This document shows positions 15,052 through 28,689 of a DNA stretch of 64,000 bases, in pieces (positions within the stretch are counted from its first letter, which is position 1; each line of letters starts with the position of its first letter). Source of the DNA: Eledone cirrhosa. Taxonomy: Eukaryota. A model generated the notes under the pieces. It was not told where the DNA came from. It saw nothing but the letters and a program-made list of their open reading frames with translations, and ran no database searches. The position numbers and the translations under genes were made by a program. Where the stretch lies: positions 314,464,001 through 314,528,000 of the forward strand of contig OZ024742.1 of NCBI GenBank assembly GCA_964016885.1, written 5' to 3'.

Positions 15052-15815
15052 ACTTAATAATTGTTTCTACTTTTGGCACAAGGCCAGCAATTACCCAGTA
15101 CATTACTGGTACTTTATTTTATCGACCCCGTAAGGATGAAAGGCAAAGTTAACGTCGACGGGATTTGAACTCAGACCTTAAAGGGACGTAACTATGCTAG
15201 AAAGCACGGCGTCCAACCCTCTACCGATACTGCCAATTCACCGCCCTTAATAATGGTTTCTTATATAGGTACAAGGCCAACAATTTTGGGGGAGGGGAAA
15301 GTCGATTAAATCGACCCCAGATCGTGATTGGTATTTTATTTTATCAACCCCCTAAGGAAGAAAGGCAAAGTTAACCTCGGTGGGATTTGAAATCAGATCA
15401 TAAAGAGCTGTAAATCTATGCTACAATCCATGGCGTCCGACCCTCTACCGATACTGCCAATCCACTGCCGTTTGAACTTAATAATTGTTTCTACTTTTGG
15501 CACAAGGCCAGCAATTATCCCAGTGCATTACTGGTACTTTATTTTATCGACCCCGTAAGGATGAAAGGCAAAGTTAACCTCGACGGGATTTGAACTCAAA
15601 CCGTAAAGGGATGTAACTATGCTAGAAAGCATGGCGTCCAACCCTCTACTGATACTGCTAATTCATACTTAATAATTGTTTCTATTTTGGCACAAGGCCA
15701 GCAATTACCCAGTACATTAGTGGTACTTTATTTTATCGACCCCGTAAGGATGAAAGGCAAAGTTAACTTCGGCGGGAATTGAAATCAGATCATAAAGAGA
15801 CGTAACTCTATGCTT
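15052..15815 (-). mobile_element. Head-to-tail array of four SINE copies
   Basis: Four repeats of GGCACAAGGCCAGCAATT..TTTATCGACCCC.TAAGGATGAAAGGCAAAGTTAAC..GGATTTGAA. Confidence 0.85.
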
Positions 15816-17994
15816 CAATAATGAAAGGTAGTTAGTTCCAAATTTGAGATCTTCATGAATGTTATACGTTATCACTCATATACCGAAACGTTATATGGAA
15901 TGTGTGAGCTTCCCTATATTTTTACATTAACCATAGAGAGCAAGTTTCAGTCGAACCAATCCAGTTTGTATGTGTTATAATTCACTTTACATGGGCTCTG
16001 TCTTCTTAAGCTTTGTAAATATAATTTGATAAACTATAACTGTCGATAACTCTTCAGAATTTGTTGTGTTAACGGGAACTGCATTGACGACAACTGGCTG
16101 TCACGAGCATTCACCTTACGTTTTTCATAAGTGAAACTCGATTCCTTTATATATTGCTTTCTATTATATTGTAGGCATAAACATGTTAAGTGAAAGGAAC
16201 CCCAGTAAACTTCAAACACAAGACAACATTATGGTAAGTAAAACATCAACATTGAAGTTATCTCTACTTACATTTGCTGGTGTATATCTCTCTTGTTATT
16301 GTGTAAATGGATCGGGAATACCTTGCTTCCTGTCGTAAACAACGTGCCTAGAAGCCAGTGGTGTTGCTGATTAAACACTGTATGGTGGAAATAAAGGCTT
16401 AATATAATTTTTAGCTTCCCTATTTTCTGAATTATAGGGCTCATTTTGCTATTCATTCTTCTTGAATCAATAAATTTAAAAGCAACTATAAACTGGGCTT
16501 AGTTCTATCAACTAATACCTTCCATGGTATTTATTGTGTCAACCAGTCAAAGTTGTGTATAGAACAAATTACTTAAAATTAAATGTGATCTATTTCCTGA
16601 AAGCAACTCTTTCAAGATCAAGAATGAGTAAGATTTATAATTACAATTTAGATAATATAAATTAAGCATATTGAAACATTCACTGAAATTCCTCTATATC
16701 GAATGTAGAATTATAGGAAGGAAAGCTATTTATTTTACGTAAATGTCGTCATCAACGAGAAGGTAAATATAGTTTAAATATTGATATATGTGAATATAAT
16801 CATCACTATGTCATGAAACTTTGAAGGGAATATATTGTATCTAATATATAGTACTATTACCAGAACAACATTTCACTACATTTTCTTTTCCTGATACCTT
16901 TTTTGCCGTCACAGAATTAAGTTTGCAAATGGTATTTTATGATTTGTAAGATACGCATAACCTTAACAATATAACATTGACGCTTTAGCTTTGTGTGTAC
17001 TGCACCCGTTATTGAAATAATCTGTCAAAAGATATTCTAAAATATATTTACAAATCTATATTTGTGTTTTTCCAAATCTTTACATTTGCATGATGTACAA
17101 ATGTTTCGATTTTGACTTTTACATGTATAATAATTCCTGTGTGGGTTATGATGTTCATATCTATTTAATTTTGAGAAATTTGTAGTAGCGAAATTCGAGA
17201 TTTTTCAATGACAATGAAGACTAAACAAGGTAAGATAAAAATAGAAATGCTGAGTCCAATATATTAACACGTCAACTATGTTCTATCTAGTTTCAGTCCT
17301 ATGGGATTATGACAGCTTCTTCATCAAATACACCTGGATGAATCCTTCGAAGTTGAAGAGTACTAGAAGCAGAATTTTGCTTTTTAACATGAAGATATCC
17401 ATCAGTGTCCCTATCGATACAAATTCTCTGAAGATATATATATAATCAGCTTAGAAGCTAGTATAATTAATTTTGCAAATACTGGAAAGAAAATAGTGAA
17501 GAGCTGCTTATATATATATATATATAATATATATTTGATGTTAATATATATATATATATTTGGAGTTAATATATATATATTAATATATATATATATATTA
17601 ACTCCAAATATATAAAACATCACAAGCTGTACATCATTCTACCGCAGTTAATGACCAATTAAAATCTGTCAGAAAATCAATAAGCAAATTTGAAAGTATA
17701 CACCTGCCTACAAACATGTTATGCATTTTATTTATATATCAGATTCTGATATATTCTCTGCTAATAACTGGCAATGCACCACAGTCTTAATTCGTTTAAA
17801 AAAGAAGCTACATTTAATATATTGAATCATGTATCATATTAAGGAAATATCTATGGAATCCATTTAATGTTAAACAGATTTGGTTCGCTAATATATTGAA
17901 GCAAATTCAAATAATATAGTTTTACTAAAAACTGTAATCTAGAATACCAATATAACAGCCATACTCTCTATTAGTCTGTCTGTCTGCCTGTCGT

Positions 17995-18285
<291 letters not shown>

Positions 18286-18379
18286 CTCTTTTACTCTTTT
18301 ACCTGTTCCAGCCATCCGGCTGAGGCCATGCTGTGGCACCGCCTTTGTTACTACAGATTTTACCTCCAGCCTGTATTGG

Positions 18380-21290
18380 TTGGCACTGGTGTAAAAGGAA
18401 GTTTGTTGTTGCTGCCCTTAGGTTTCTCTCGTGCGTTGATGTGGGCTCATCCGGGGTCCTGTATAGCAAGGTGTCGAGATGTTTCTTGAAGACATCCACC
18501 TCCACACCATGCATATCTTTCAGATCCCTCGGCAGCTTGTTGAAGAGTTGAGGGCCCTTGAATCCAAGGCTATTGCAATACCTGCTCCTTATTCTAGATG
18601 TGGAAGACGGGATCTTTTGCACTACACAGTGACGTCCTGTCCGACGGTTGTTCCAGCTCCCAATGCCAAAGTTTGGTGCTAGTCCCTCCAGGATTTTCCA
18701 CATGTAGATCACTGCGAATCTCTCCCGTCTTCGTCCCAAGAAGTAGAGGTTTAGTTCTTTTCACCTCTCCCAGTAGCTTATCTCCTTCATCGTGGCAATC
18801 CTCTTGGTGTAACTTCGCTGGATTGCCTCAAGCTCGGTGGTTAGTTTGACACTATGGGGTGACCACAACTGGGAGCAATAGTCCAAGCGGCTTAGGACAA
18901 ATGTCCTCCATAGTGTCAACATGGTGTCTCGGTCTATTGTACGGAAAGTCCTCAAGATCCCGCCAGCGAGTCGTCTACAGATTCTCGCCACTTTCATGAT
19001 GTGTGAGGAAAAAGATGCATCATCGCTCATGTCTATACCCAGGTCTCGTATCGATTTTGACGCGGGGATATCGGTCCCCCGTGGTCCTGCGTAACTGTGT
19101 TGTACTGTATTTGTGTTTGCAGGTTTGTATTGTAGGGCCTGGAATTTGCCAGCATTAAACTGCATGTTGTTTTCTTCCGCCCATTTGCATATGGCATCCA
19201 TATCTTGTTGTAAAAGGGCAGCGTCAGCCGGGTTTTTGATTGCCTGTGCTACCTTAGTGTCATCAGCATAGCTAGTGAGGGATGTTGTTTTATGTACTAC
19301 AGAGGGCATGTCTGAGAGAGCCACAAAAACAGTAGTGGTCCCAGGACTGTCCCTTGGGGCACCCCACTTGTTATTGATGTTTCCTATGAGAGGGCCCCGT
19401 TTGCTGCGACTGTCTGGCTTGTCCTTTAAGAAGTCATGCAGCCACTCACCTACTTTTCTAGTTATGTCGAGTCCGTGTAGTTTGTGACATATCATTCGGT
19501 GGTTGACCTTCGCAAAGTCAAGATATATCACGTCAACATGTGAGCTGTCTAGTATTTATTTCAGTACCCAGTCGTAGTGATGTAGCAGCCGTGTAAGGCA
19601 GCTTCTTTCTGGGCGGAAGCCATGCTGCGTGCTAGTCAGGCGGTCATTTTCCTCGAGGAAAGTGATCAGTTTCTTTCTGACGACTCGCTCCATGACCTTA
19701 CTTATATGCGACGTCAGGGAGACTGGCCTATAGTGTTTGGCCTCCGCTCTGCTACCTTCTTTATGGATAGGGCATATTGTGCCTTCTTTCAGCTCCCTGG
19801 GTAGTATACCGCTAGTCAAGGAGCTTCTGAAGAGCGTCTTCAGTGGAGTTGTTAAGGCCCGTTTACATGTTTTTATGAGGACTGCTGGGAATCCATCAGG
19901 TCCAGCAGCTGAGTCTGTTCTAATTTCATCTATGGCGTATACCACAATCTACTCCGGTATGTCTATGTGGTTGATGGTCGCCATTTCTTCATGTAGTGTT
20001 GTGGCATCACAGAACTCCTCTGGCTTTGTTATTTGCATGTGCCTCAGTGGACATGTGAACACACTTTTGTACTGTTCGTTCAGTATTTCACATATCTCTT
20101 GGGGATTCTCGGTTAATGAACCGTTTGTATGGAAGAGTGGCCCAATCTTGCAGTGTACCGAGGAGGTTTCTTTTGCAAATTTAAAGAAGGCCTTAGGGTT
20201 TGTTTTAATATTTTCTATGGCCTTGCTTTCTTTCTTTGCCCTCTCATTTTCATGGGAAAGTTTGAGTGCAATCTCGGTGTCAAGTAGTGCACCTTTCAAA
20301 TAGGATTCCTTCTTGTTTTTGTTTTCTTGTGCATTCAACTGGTTTGAGAGCTTGGTTCTTCGTCTCATAAGGATGTTTGTGTCTGTTTGCCTTTTTCTCC
20401 GGGACAAACATTTTGCATATAGTGTGTATCGTTGTCATGAAGTGTTGAAATTGTGTTTTGTGTCTTGTGTGGCGGTGTTTTCGCTCCATATTTGCTTCCT
20501 GATTTCTCTCTTGATCTTTTTCCAGTTTGCCTTGTAGAAGTTAAGGCTGGATAACGTCCCGGTGCTTCTTGATGGTTGTGTCTCTGTTGGTTCTCTCGGA
20601 CCACATATCATTAGTTCTACTAAATTATGATCCGAGAAAATTGTTGGTGACACCTTTACATTGACGTGGAGCACTTCGTTGTTTGTAAAACAGAGGTCCA
20701 GAACATTTTCGCCTCTTGTTGGAAGGAGAACTGCTTGTTCCATGAACAGCCTGTGTGTGAGGCCCAGCAGGGATACCGTCTGTCTCTGTTCTATTGACGT
20801 CATTCTAAGGAGGAGGTGGCCCTGGGCCATATGACCTTTGGCAGGTTGAAGTCTCCCAGCAGTAGACTGTTGAGACCCTGATCCAGTTTGTCAAGGACCT
20901 CTTCTATCCTACTGAGTCTATCCTCAAATTTATCCTCATGACTGCGGGCATCGGGCGGCCAATATGTGATATATATTACTGTCTGTAGTTGCTTCATATG
21001 TACTATCAGTGTGTCACAGACTGAGTTTAAATGTGTCAACAGTACAATTGGTGTGACATCTTCACGGTTATACAGAGCAACCCCACCTTGAGTTCTCTCC
21101 TTTCTGTGCGAACGAAATACAGTATATTTCGGTATATGTATTTCTGCCTCTGCTATACTGCTTGTCAGGTGCGTTTCGGTTAGTGCCATGCATAATGCTT
21201 GATTGCTTATGGCTAAGTCTCCCAGGTAGGACATTTTACTTATGTTAGTGAGTTTCACCAGGCCTCTGACATTCAGAAGCAGCACTGGTA
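18380..21290 (-). pseudogene. LINE ORF2 (endonuclease-reverse transcriptase), fragmented
   Basis: ORF pieces 20800-21426, 20435-20830, 19949-20407, 19556-19945, 18761-19531, 18299-18739. Confidence 0.88.
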
Positions 21291-22198
21291 TGACTTTTGG
21301 GGTGCCAGCAATGGCTGTCGGTATGACAACTCGTCTGGTGTCAGCGGCGGCCACTCTGGGTCCCTTAATTGAGGTGATCTCGAGTGCTGGTGGGGATGAC
21401 CCTGGCTCTGGAAACGATGCAGCCAAGTCAGCTCTCCCACAATCTTCTCTGCCATCACTAAAAAATATTTCTGCTCTGCTGCTGCCATCTGTATCTCGGC
21501 GGCATGTGCGTGCCTTCTCCTTGTTGGCGCGGCACGCGCGACATCAGCATACTTCTGGAGCGGATTGTTTTGGCTTTGGCTGGGGCATATTGCGTAAGTA
21601 GGATAGGCATAGATCGTTTGGGGCCTGGGGTGGGCGAACCTGCAGCCGATCCCTGTCTCTCCATGCCAGCAGGTCCCGTTCCTGAAGAACTTGCACATTA
21701 CTTGAGTTTTATTGCTGCCAGTGTCTCGGTGCTTTCTGTTCTTCCTTTGGACAGTTGTCCACTGGTCCCTCTGCGCTTGGTTCTCCTTCGGAAGGTGATT
21801 TCGCTTCTCACCTTTACCGTTTGCTTCTTGGTCGCTCGGCCTGCCCTCCCTGGCTGTGGCGGCGGGTATCTCATTTCCTTTCAGATCCGTGCTTATGCTT
21901 TCTTCCTTTTCTTATTTCCTTTCCTCTCTCTTTCTCCCCGTTTTTCTCCTCCTTGAAGACACGGCTTAGCATCGCTATATGTGGCGCTATGAGGTCATAG
22001 GCCTTCTCGATGTCTTTTCTTTTTCTTTCTGTCTGCGCTAGAGTCCTCAGGAAGCCATGGTTCCTCAGGGTCTCTGCAATCTTTTTGCTTGGTGGTGACC
22101 CATCAGCTAGGCTCCACCCTTTGATTAAAACCGCTAGGTCCATTTTTGACCAGTTTCGCTGGCTTTCAATTTCACCTTTTCCCTGCATGCAGTCCATT
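21273..22198 (-). pseudogene. LINE ORF1 with CCCH zinc finger, fragmented
   Basis: CKFFRNGTCWHGETGIGCRFAH preceded by a basic/charged region; frameshifted. Confidence 0.65.
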
Positions 22199-22804
22199 TC
22201 GCTATAGAGGGGAGAGAGAGATATAGTGGGAAGGGTAGGGAAAATGTTAGAGAAGGAAAGATATATATATATATATATTTTAGGGTGGCCCTTATTTTTC
22301 AACTTTCTAAAGGTTCAGCTACCACCCCTACCCCTATCCTGTTTCAATTAACGAAAAAACTATCTATGCAAAATTGTAGCTCAAGCAGACAACTGCAAAG
22401 TGACCCACATTGACCGTGAAATTTTGAAGTTTTCGCCCGGAAAGTCATTTTTTTCAGATAAACTCTTATATAATCGTTTCTTAAATTAACAACTTGTTCA
22501 GAAGGATAAGTGACAATAAATATAATGGGGAAGGCAACTTGCAAAGCGCGGGTATAGGGCAAATACCTATTTTTCGCTGTGGAAAATTACCTAGTCCTAA
22601 TATATATAAATCCGTATGTGGTTGACAGCTGAGAGAAATGAGTACTCGATATTGAGGAATATATATATACACACACACACATACACACACACACACACTC
22701 AACACACACACATATATATATATACTCTCCTTAATATCCTTACTTTCATATTTCTCCTTGCTCCCCTTTTCTCATTGTATTTGTATATAAACAAGTACAT
22801 ACAT

Positions 22805-23765
22805 ACAAGGAGCAAGGGGGAGCAAGGATAAAAGTAGTGCAAGGAAAGCAATGAGAAAATGAGAGCAAGGAGAGCAAGGAGGAAAGGAGAGAAGGGAAAG
22901 CAAGGAGGAAAGGATAACATAAGAGCAAGGAGAGCAATGAGAAAAGGAAAACAAGGAGAAAAAGGAGAAAAGGAGAGCAAGGAGAACAAGGAGAAAAGGA
23001 GAGAAAGGAAAGCAAGGAGGAAAATATAAATGAAGGCAATGAGAAAAGGAGAGCAAGGAGAGCAATGAGAAAAGGAGTGCAAGGAGAAAAAGGAGAAAAG
23101 GAGAAAAGGAGAGCAAGGAGAGCAATGAGAAAAGGAGAGCAAGGAGGGTAAGGAGAAAAGGAGAGCAAGGGGAGCAACAAGAAAAGAAGAGCAAGGAGAG
23201 TAAGGAGGGTAAGGAGAAAAGGCGAGCAAGAGAGCAATGAGAAAAGGAGAGCAATGAGAGCAAGGAGAACAAGGAGAAAACGAGAGCAAGGAGAGCAAGG
23301 AGGAGAAGTAGAAAAGGAGAGCCAGGAGAGCAAGGAGAGCAATGAGAAAATGAGAGCCAGGATAGCAAGGAGAGTCAGGAATGTAAGGAGAGCCAGGAGA
23401 GCAATGAGAAAGGGAGAGCAAGGAGGGTAAGAATAAAAGCGAGCAAGGAGAGCAATGAGAAAAGGAGAGCAGGGAGAGCAAGGGGAGCAAGGAGAAAACG
23501 AGAGCAAGGAGAGCAAGGAGGAGAAGTAGAAAAGGAGAGCCAGGAGAGCAAGGAGAGCAATGAGAAAATGAGAGCCAGGAGAGCAAGGAGAGTCAGGAAT
23601 GTAAGGAGAGCCAGGAGAGCAATGAGAAAGGGAGAGCAAGGAGGGTAAGAATAAAAGCGAGCAAGGAGAGCAATGAGAAAAGGAGAGCAGGGAGAGCAAG
23701 GGGAGCAAGGAGATCAATGAGAAAAGGAGCGCAAGGAGAGCCATAAAGCACGGAGAGCAAGGAGA
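22805..23765 (+). repeat. Purine-rich minisatellite based on (GGAGAGCAA)n with a 218-bp higher-order duplication
   Basis: 9-mer variants GGAGAGCAA/TGAGAAAA; the block at 23281 recurs at 23499. Confidence 0.9.
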
Positions 23766-24125
23766 AGTTAAGGCAAATTATGCTGGAAGCAGACAAAGGT
23801 AAAAAATTCAAGTGAATAGGTACGTTCTGCACCAAAATGACTTTTCTCTCTTTACAAGCATCGGGTTTTCATCTTTTGTAACTCCTGGTACAAAAACTTT
23901 CTTCACAAGATCCTTCAACATGGACGGTTAAGTCTGGTTATAGAAATAGACTTGAAAAACTTGAGAAGACAGTTGTTGTGAATGATGTTGGAGAAAGGTG
24001 TCAAACTCGTTCAGAATTACAATAAGAGATCAGAAGAGATGAGAAACCATTTGTTTTACAGATCGTTGCCGAAAATCGTAAAACATACCCAACTGCGACA
24101 AAATCCTCTCTTATGCAAAAATAAT

Positions 24126-24302
24126 TGTTTCTACTTTTGGCACAAGGCTAGTAATAACTCAGTGTATTACTGGAACTTTATTTTTGAAGGATGAAAGGCA
24201 AAGTTAACCTCGGCGTGATTTGAACTCAGAATGGCAAGGGCCGTAACTCCATGCGTCAAAGCATGGCGTCCGACCCTCTACCGATACTGCCAATCACCGC
24301 AA
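24126..24302 (-). mobile_element. SINE with 19-bp TSD
   Basis: TCTCTTATGCAAAAATAAT at 24107-24125 and 24303-24321. Confidence 0.85.
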
Positions 24303-24720
24303 TCTCTTATGCAAAAATAATATTCAGTATTCAGTGTTCAGTATTCAGTGTTCACATTATGTTTTTGATTCTATAGAAATTATTGTTGTAAATAAGAATG
24401 CGTTTCTGTTATAGAAGTTGTGTGCTTTATTAAGAAAACCTAATATTTCTTAAGTTGTTCATGTTATTTCAGGATCTTTTCAAATTAACTATTGGTAAAT
24501 TTGATTCAGAACGTTTTTAAACATTTTTTGGGGTCGCCTGGATGTGTACACATACATTTCTCTGAGAAGAAAAAAGATAATGGTCGAGATATGGGAACAG
24601 TATACCTCTTTTGAACAGAATTAATCGTTGAGTATACTATGTTCCAAATTCAAGGCGTTTGAGGGTCGCCTAACTGTTGACCTATTGAGCTGAAATTTTG
24701 CACATGTCTATATATTTTGC

Positions 24721-24758
<38 letters not shown>

Positions 24759-24763
<5 letters not shown>

Positions 24764-25627
24764 CGGATTAACAAATAATAGTTAAATGCAGTCCACTTAG
24801 GTGAAGTCCAGTTATGGTATTCCAGGTAGTGGATGATATTAACGCTTGGCTTGGTTTGACTCAACAAGGCGTTTTCATAGTGATGCTGCGGGTATGCTGT
24901 AATTCCTATGTTGTAAACACTTGGAGTAATAATAAATCAGGAAAGAAGGTTTACATGGTTTGCTATACAAAAAATGTTTAATCACATAGCTTACATTTGT
25001 TTCACTGAGCTGGTATGTCTAGAGATCGCTATCCGCCTAATTTTGCGTCACTCGATCGCCAATACAGAATCGGACCCTGCGGATGAAATCATTAGTGCGT
25101 CGTATCATGCCCAGTGTATAGTCCTTTTTTGTAGGTACAGGTATGTTTTTTAGTGACATACCTATACAGTGCTTCTCCATGTTGTTGCCGTGCGTTAATG
25201 GTGTTGCTCGACCAGGTGGGAGCTAAATATACGGATTAACAAATAATAGTTAAATGCAGTTCACTTAGGTGAAGTCTAGTTATGGTATTCCAGGTTTCAC
25301 CTAAGTGGACTGCATTTAACTATTATTTGTTAATCCGTATATTTAGCTCCCACCTGGTCGAGCAACACCATTAACGCACGGCAACAACATGGAGAAGCAC
25401 TGTATAGGTATGTCACTAAAAAACATACCTGTACCTACAAAAAAGGACTATACACTGGGCATGATACGACGCACTAATGATTTCATCCGCAGGGTCCGAT
25501 TCTGTATTGGCGATCGAGTGACGCAAAATTAGCGGATAGCGATCTCTAGACATACCAGCTCAGTGAAACAAATGTAAGCTATGTGATTAAACATTTTTTG
25601 TATAGCAAACCATGTAAACCTTTCCTG

Positions 25628-25633
<6 letters not shown>
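24759..25633. repeat. Partial tandem (468-bp period) plus ~340-bp inverted repeat, pLTR-like module in (TA)n
   Basis: 24759-24826 recurs at 25227-25294; 24932-25273 is inverted at 25296-25633. Confidence 0.9.
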
Positions 25634-25713
<80 letters not shown>

Positions 25714-25966
25714 AACCTTTGTTTGTACTACCTCTCTGTTTTTGTTCCCGTTCCAGTTTTCACTATATATATATATATACATATATATGTATGTAGAAGT
25801 TCTATTTAAATTGTTGGGATACAACAAGCAAATATTTTTATAACTGATATAAAGCACTCAATAAATTATTGGAGTAAAAATACGATATATTAACAAATGT
25901 AAACTAGAAATGGTCGCATTCTTTAAGGGTATGTCAATATTTATTTATAAAACTGCTCTATATTAT

Positions 25967-26029
25967 ATTTTATCTGATGAAAGAACACCATAATTTAACT
26001 TGGTGTCCTTGAAATATGTATAATGAAAT
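25967..26029 (+). ncRNA. Type I hammerhead ribozyme (AUA triplet)
   Basis: ATTTTAT-CTGATGA-AAGAACACCA/TGGTGTCCTT-GAAA-TATGT-ATA-ATGAAAT. Confidence 0.7.
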
Positions 26030-26142
26030 AAATATGGGTTTATAAATATAGTTTCCATTTGTTAATATATCGTGTATATATATATATATGTATATATAGT
26101 AACGAACATAAGTCAATTGCATGAACTCATAATCCTTTATTT

Positions 26143-26198
26143 ACTGCTATATATATTTCGATGATAGCCATTGAATGGCTATGACCTCATCAGACAGT
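26143..26198 (-). ncRNA. Type I hammerhead ribozyme (AUA triplet)
   Basis: ACTGT-CTGATGA-GGTCATAGCCAT/ATGGCTATCATC-GAAA-TATAT-ATA-GCAGT. Confidence 0.8.
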
Positions 26199-26679
26199 CA
26201 GTCAGCTCTTATATATGCCAGCTCTGTGTTTATAGTGTTGATGGTATCAGAGCCTTGGGATATATGAGCTTGTTAGTAATAATTTAATGTTGTCAGCAGG
26301 AATAGTCTTGATTCTCACTGGTCATTTTGTAGATGGTAGTAGGGTTGGTATTTGACCTCAAAGAGGCAGGTGGTTTTGTATAGTTCAAACCGTCAGGCAA
26401 GATGGCAATAGTTCCATATGACTGATTTTCACAAAAGGCATTTTTGGTCAGATATATATTCAATCAAGGTTAATAGTATGAAATAGATACTACAGTCATT
26501 CTTAAATTGAGGAATTTATGTGGAGTGGTGCTACTGAAAATTATGGTTAGAGTAGAAAATTTACAAATAAAAAGACTTATGTAGGTTGGCTTGCACTACA
26601 CTCACACCCACCTCCACAGGTTTTTCGTTTCTGAATTGGTTTAGCAAGATTCTTTATCTGAAAACGTGTGTTGAAACCG

Positions 26680-27224
26680 ATATTGTTATACTTTGGGAGA
26701 GTGATGTTGCCAATAAGAAACACACGCACCAATTGCTTTCACTCCAATTTATTATAAATTAAAAAATAAATTTTTTAATTTTTTATAAATTTTCTTTTTT
26801 ATAAATTTCCGTTTGGTTGGTTGGTTCCGCAACCGGACGTTTGTTCATATATTGTCAAAATTCGTTCGTCACACATTCTGTGACCTCTTCAGTGACTGGG
26901 AATTCTTTTCTTTGTTTTGTGCCTCTCCTTTGTTCTGTCCTACGCCAAAACAATATGGCGTAGGACAGAACAAAGCAGAGGCACAAAACAAAGAAAAGAA
27001 TCCCAGTTACTGAAGAGGTCACAGAATGTGTGACGAAAGAACTTTTACAATATATGAACAACCGTCCGGTTGTGGAACCAACCAACCAACCGGAAATTTA
27101 TTAAAAAAAATTATTTTTATAAAAAATTAAAAATATTTTTTTAAATTTATAATAAATTGGAGTGAAAGCAATTGGTGCGTGTATTTCTTATTGGCAACAT
27201 CACTCTCTCAAAGTATAACAATAT
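26680..27224. repeat. Palindrome with ~268-bp arms and an 8-bp spacer; HHR-like core in each arm
   Basis: 26680-26947 vs 26956-27224; CTGAAGA-GGTCACA/TGTGAC-GAAA at 27010-27038, mirrored at 26854-26896. Confidence 0.88.
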
Positions 27225-27273
27225 ATATATATATATATATATATGTCTCTCCTTCTTTCCCTCTCTCTCTTTC

Positions 27274-27378
<105 letters not shown>

Positions 27379-27499
27379 ATATATATAATGTGAAGAAATA
27401 CCTATGATGGCTAGTAGACCACTGATGATGGTCGTCCTGGCTTCTATTTCTAATTCTTTATTATATGTATCATATTTGCAACAACACAGCTCGCCATTA

Positions 27500-27553
<54 letters not shown>

Positions 27554-27711
27554 CTCGTTCTACATGGTTGAATACAATAAATGTAATCTGAGTTTTTCGA
27601 ATATTAATAATAATATTCGATTCGTTTCCAATAATGCAAACAAGCCTCATTTTTAAAGCCACGTCAGTAGAATGACCCCGTCAATCTTGCTCTTGTGTTG
27701 CTATGTAAACA

Positions 27712-27761
27712 GAACCTTAGACTCTAGTGTTTCTGGGTATTACCCTTCATCAGTACAGTTC
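27712..27761 (-). ncRNA. Type I hammerhead ribozyme (GUC triplet)
   Basis: GAACTGTA-CTGATGA-AGGGTAATACCCA-GAAAC-ACTAGA-GTC-TAAGGTTC. Confidence 0.7.
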
Positions 27762-27815
27762 ACTGTTCACCTGCCAACTGTCCGAGCTAGTGACAATATA
27801 TAATATTTTCTAAAT

Positions 27816-27914
<99 letters not shown>

Positions 27915-27923
27915 ATGTATATC

Positions 27924-27971
<48 letters not shown>

Positions 27972-27981
27972 GGTATATATA

Positions 27982-28059
<78 letters not shown>

Positions 28060-28689
28060 GGTATATATATATATATGTGTGTGTGTGTGTATGATTAATC
28101 GTGCGTGTGTGCGCATGAGTGTGCGTATGTGTTGGTGTATTCGTAAGAAAAGTCATCAACGAATAACGATACAGTAGATAAATACCATAAAATGATGGTA
28201 TATTAATTTAATGATTGATATAGTTGGAAATGTCTCATGATATTTCTTTGAAAATATAGAATTAAACATATGTGATGATGTCTGGGAGAGAGAAAATAGA
28301 GGAAAACAGGTAAAGGTGTTCAGTGTGGGAAAGCACGTGTGTTGATAATTAGCTATCATAGAAAATGTAATCAGAACGTGGCTGTATGTACACATAGTGG
28401 AAACCAACCCCTGTTCAAGTAGGGACACCTGTTAGAAAGAGAAATAGACATTGGCAAACATGCGTTATTGAGGTTACTACTTATTGATGTCGCTTTAGAC
28501 GGCTCATTATACCAAGAAGTGACTTATTTGTCATACTACACAGTGTGCTTGTGTTCCCGCCTGCTTGAGTTTAATTGGCGTGGCGTGTTTTGTGGTGCCG
28601 TGTTAGCCTCCTGCAGAGTGATGCACTTTGATATTGATGCCACATGCTATATCATGGTGTATGGGGTACACAAAGGAGTTATTTCCAAG

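Larger units (their letters stand above)
18286..22260 (-). mobile_element. Near full-length, disrupted CR1-group LINE (ORF1 + APE endonuclease + RT)
   Basis: APE motifs LLNVRGL, ALTETHL, GGVALY, LLGDFNLP; RT motifs AAGPDG, YRPVSLTS, QHGFR, IYLDFAK, YADDTK; 3' tail of AAAAGAGT repeats; several stops and frameshifts. Confidence 0.92.
22281..24720 (+). mobile_element. Degenerate DNA transposon relic (hATm-like), interrupted by a satellite and a SINE
   Basis: Starts TAGGGTGGCCC after (TA)n; 23975-24025 reads VVNDVGER/GVKLVQNY across a frameshift, resembling the VVNDxAERGVKL transposase motif; right TIR not found. Confidence 0.45.

Noticed and set aside
22699-23835. Long Leu/Ser/Pro ORFs or a collagen-like gene
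   Set aside because: Products of the purine minisatellite; the Gly-X-Y frame is broken by stops and indels
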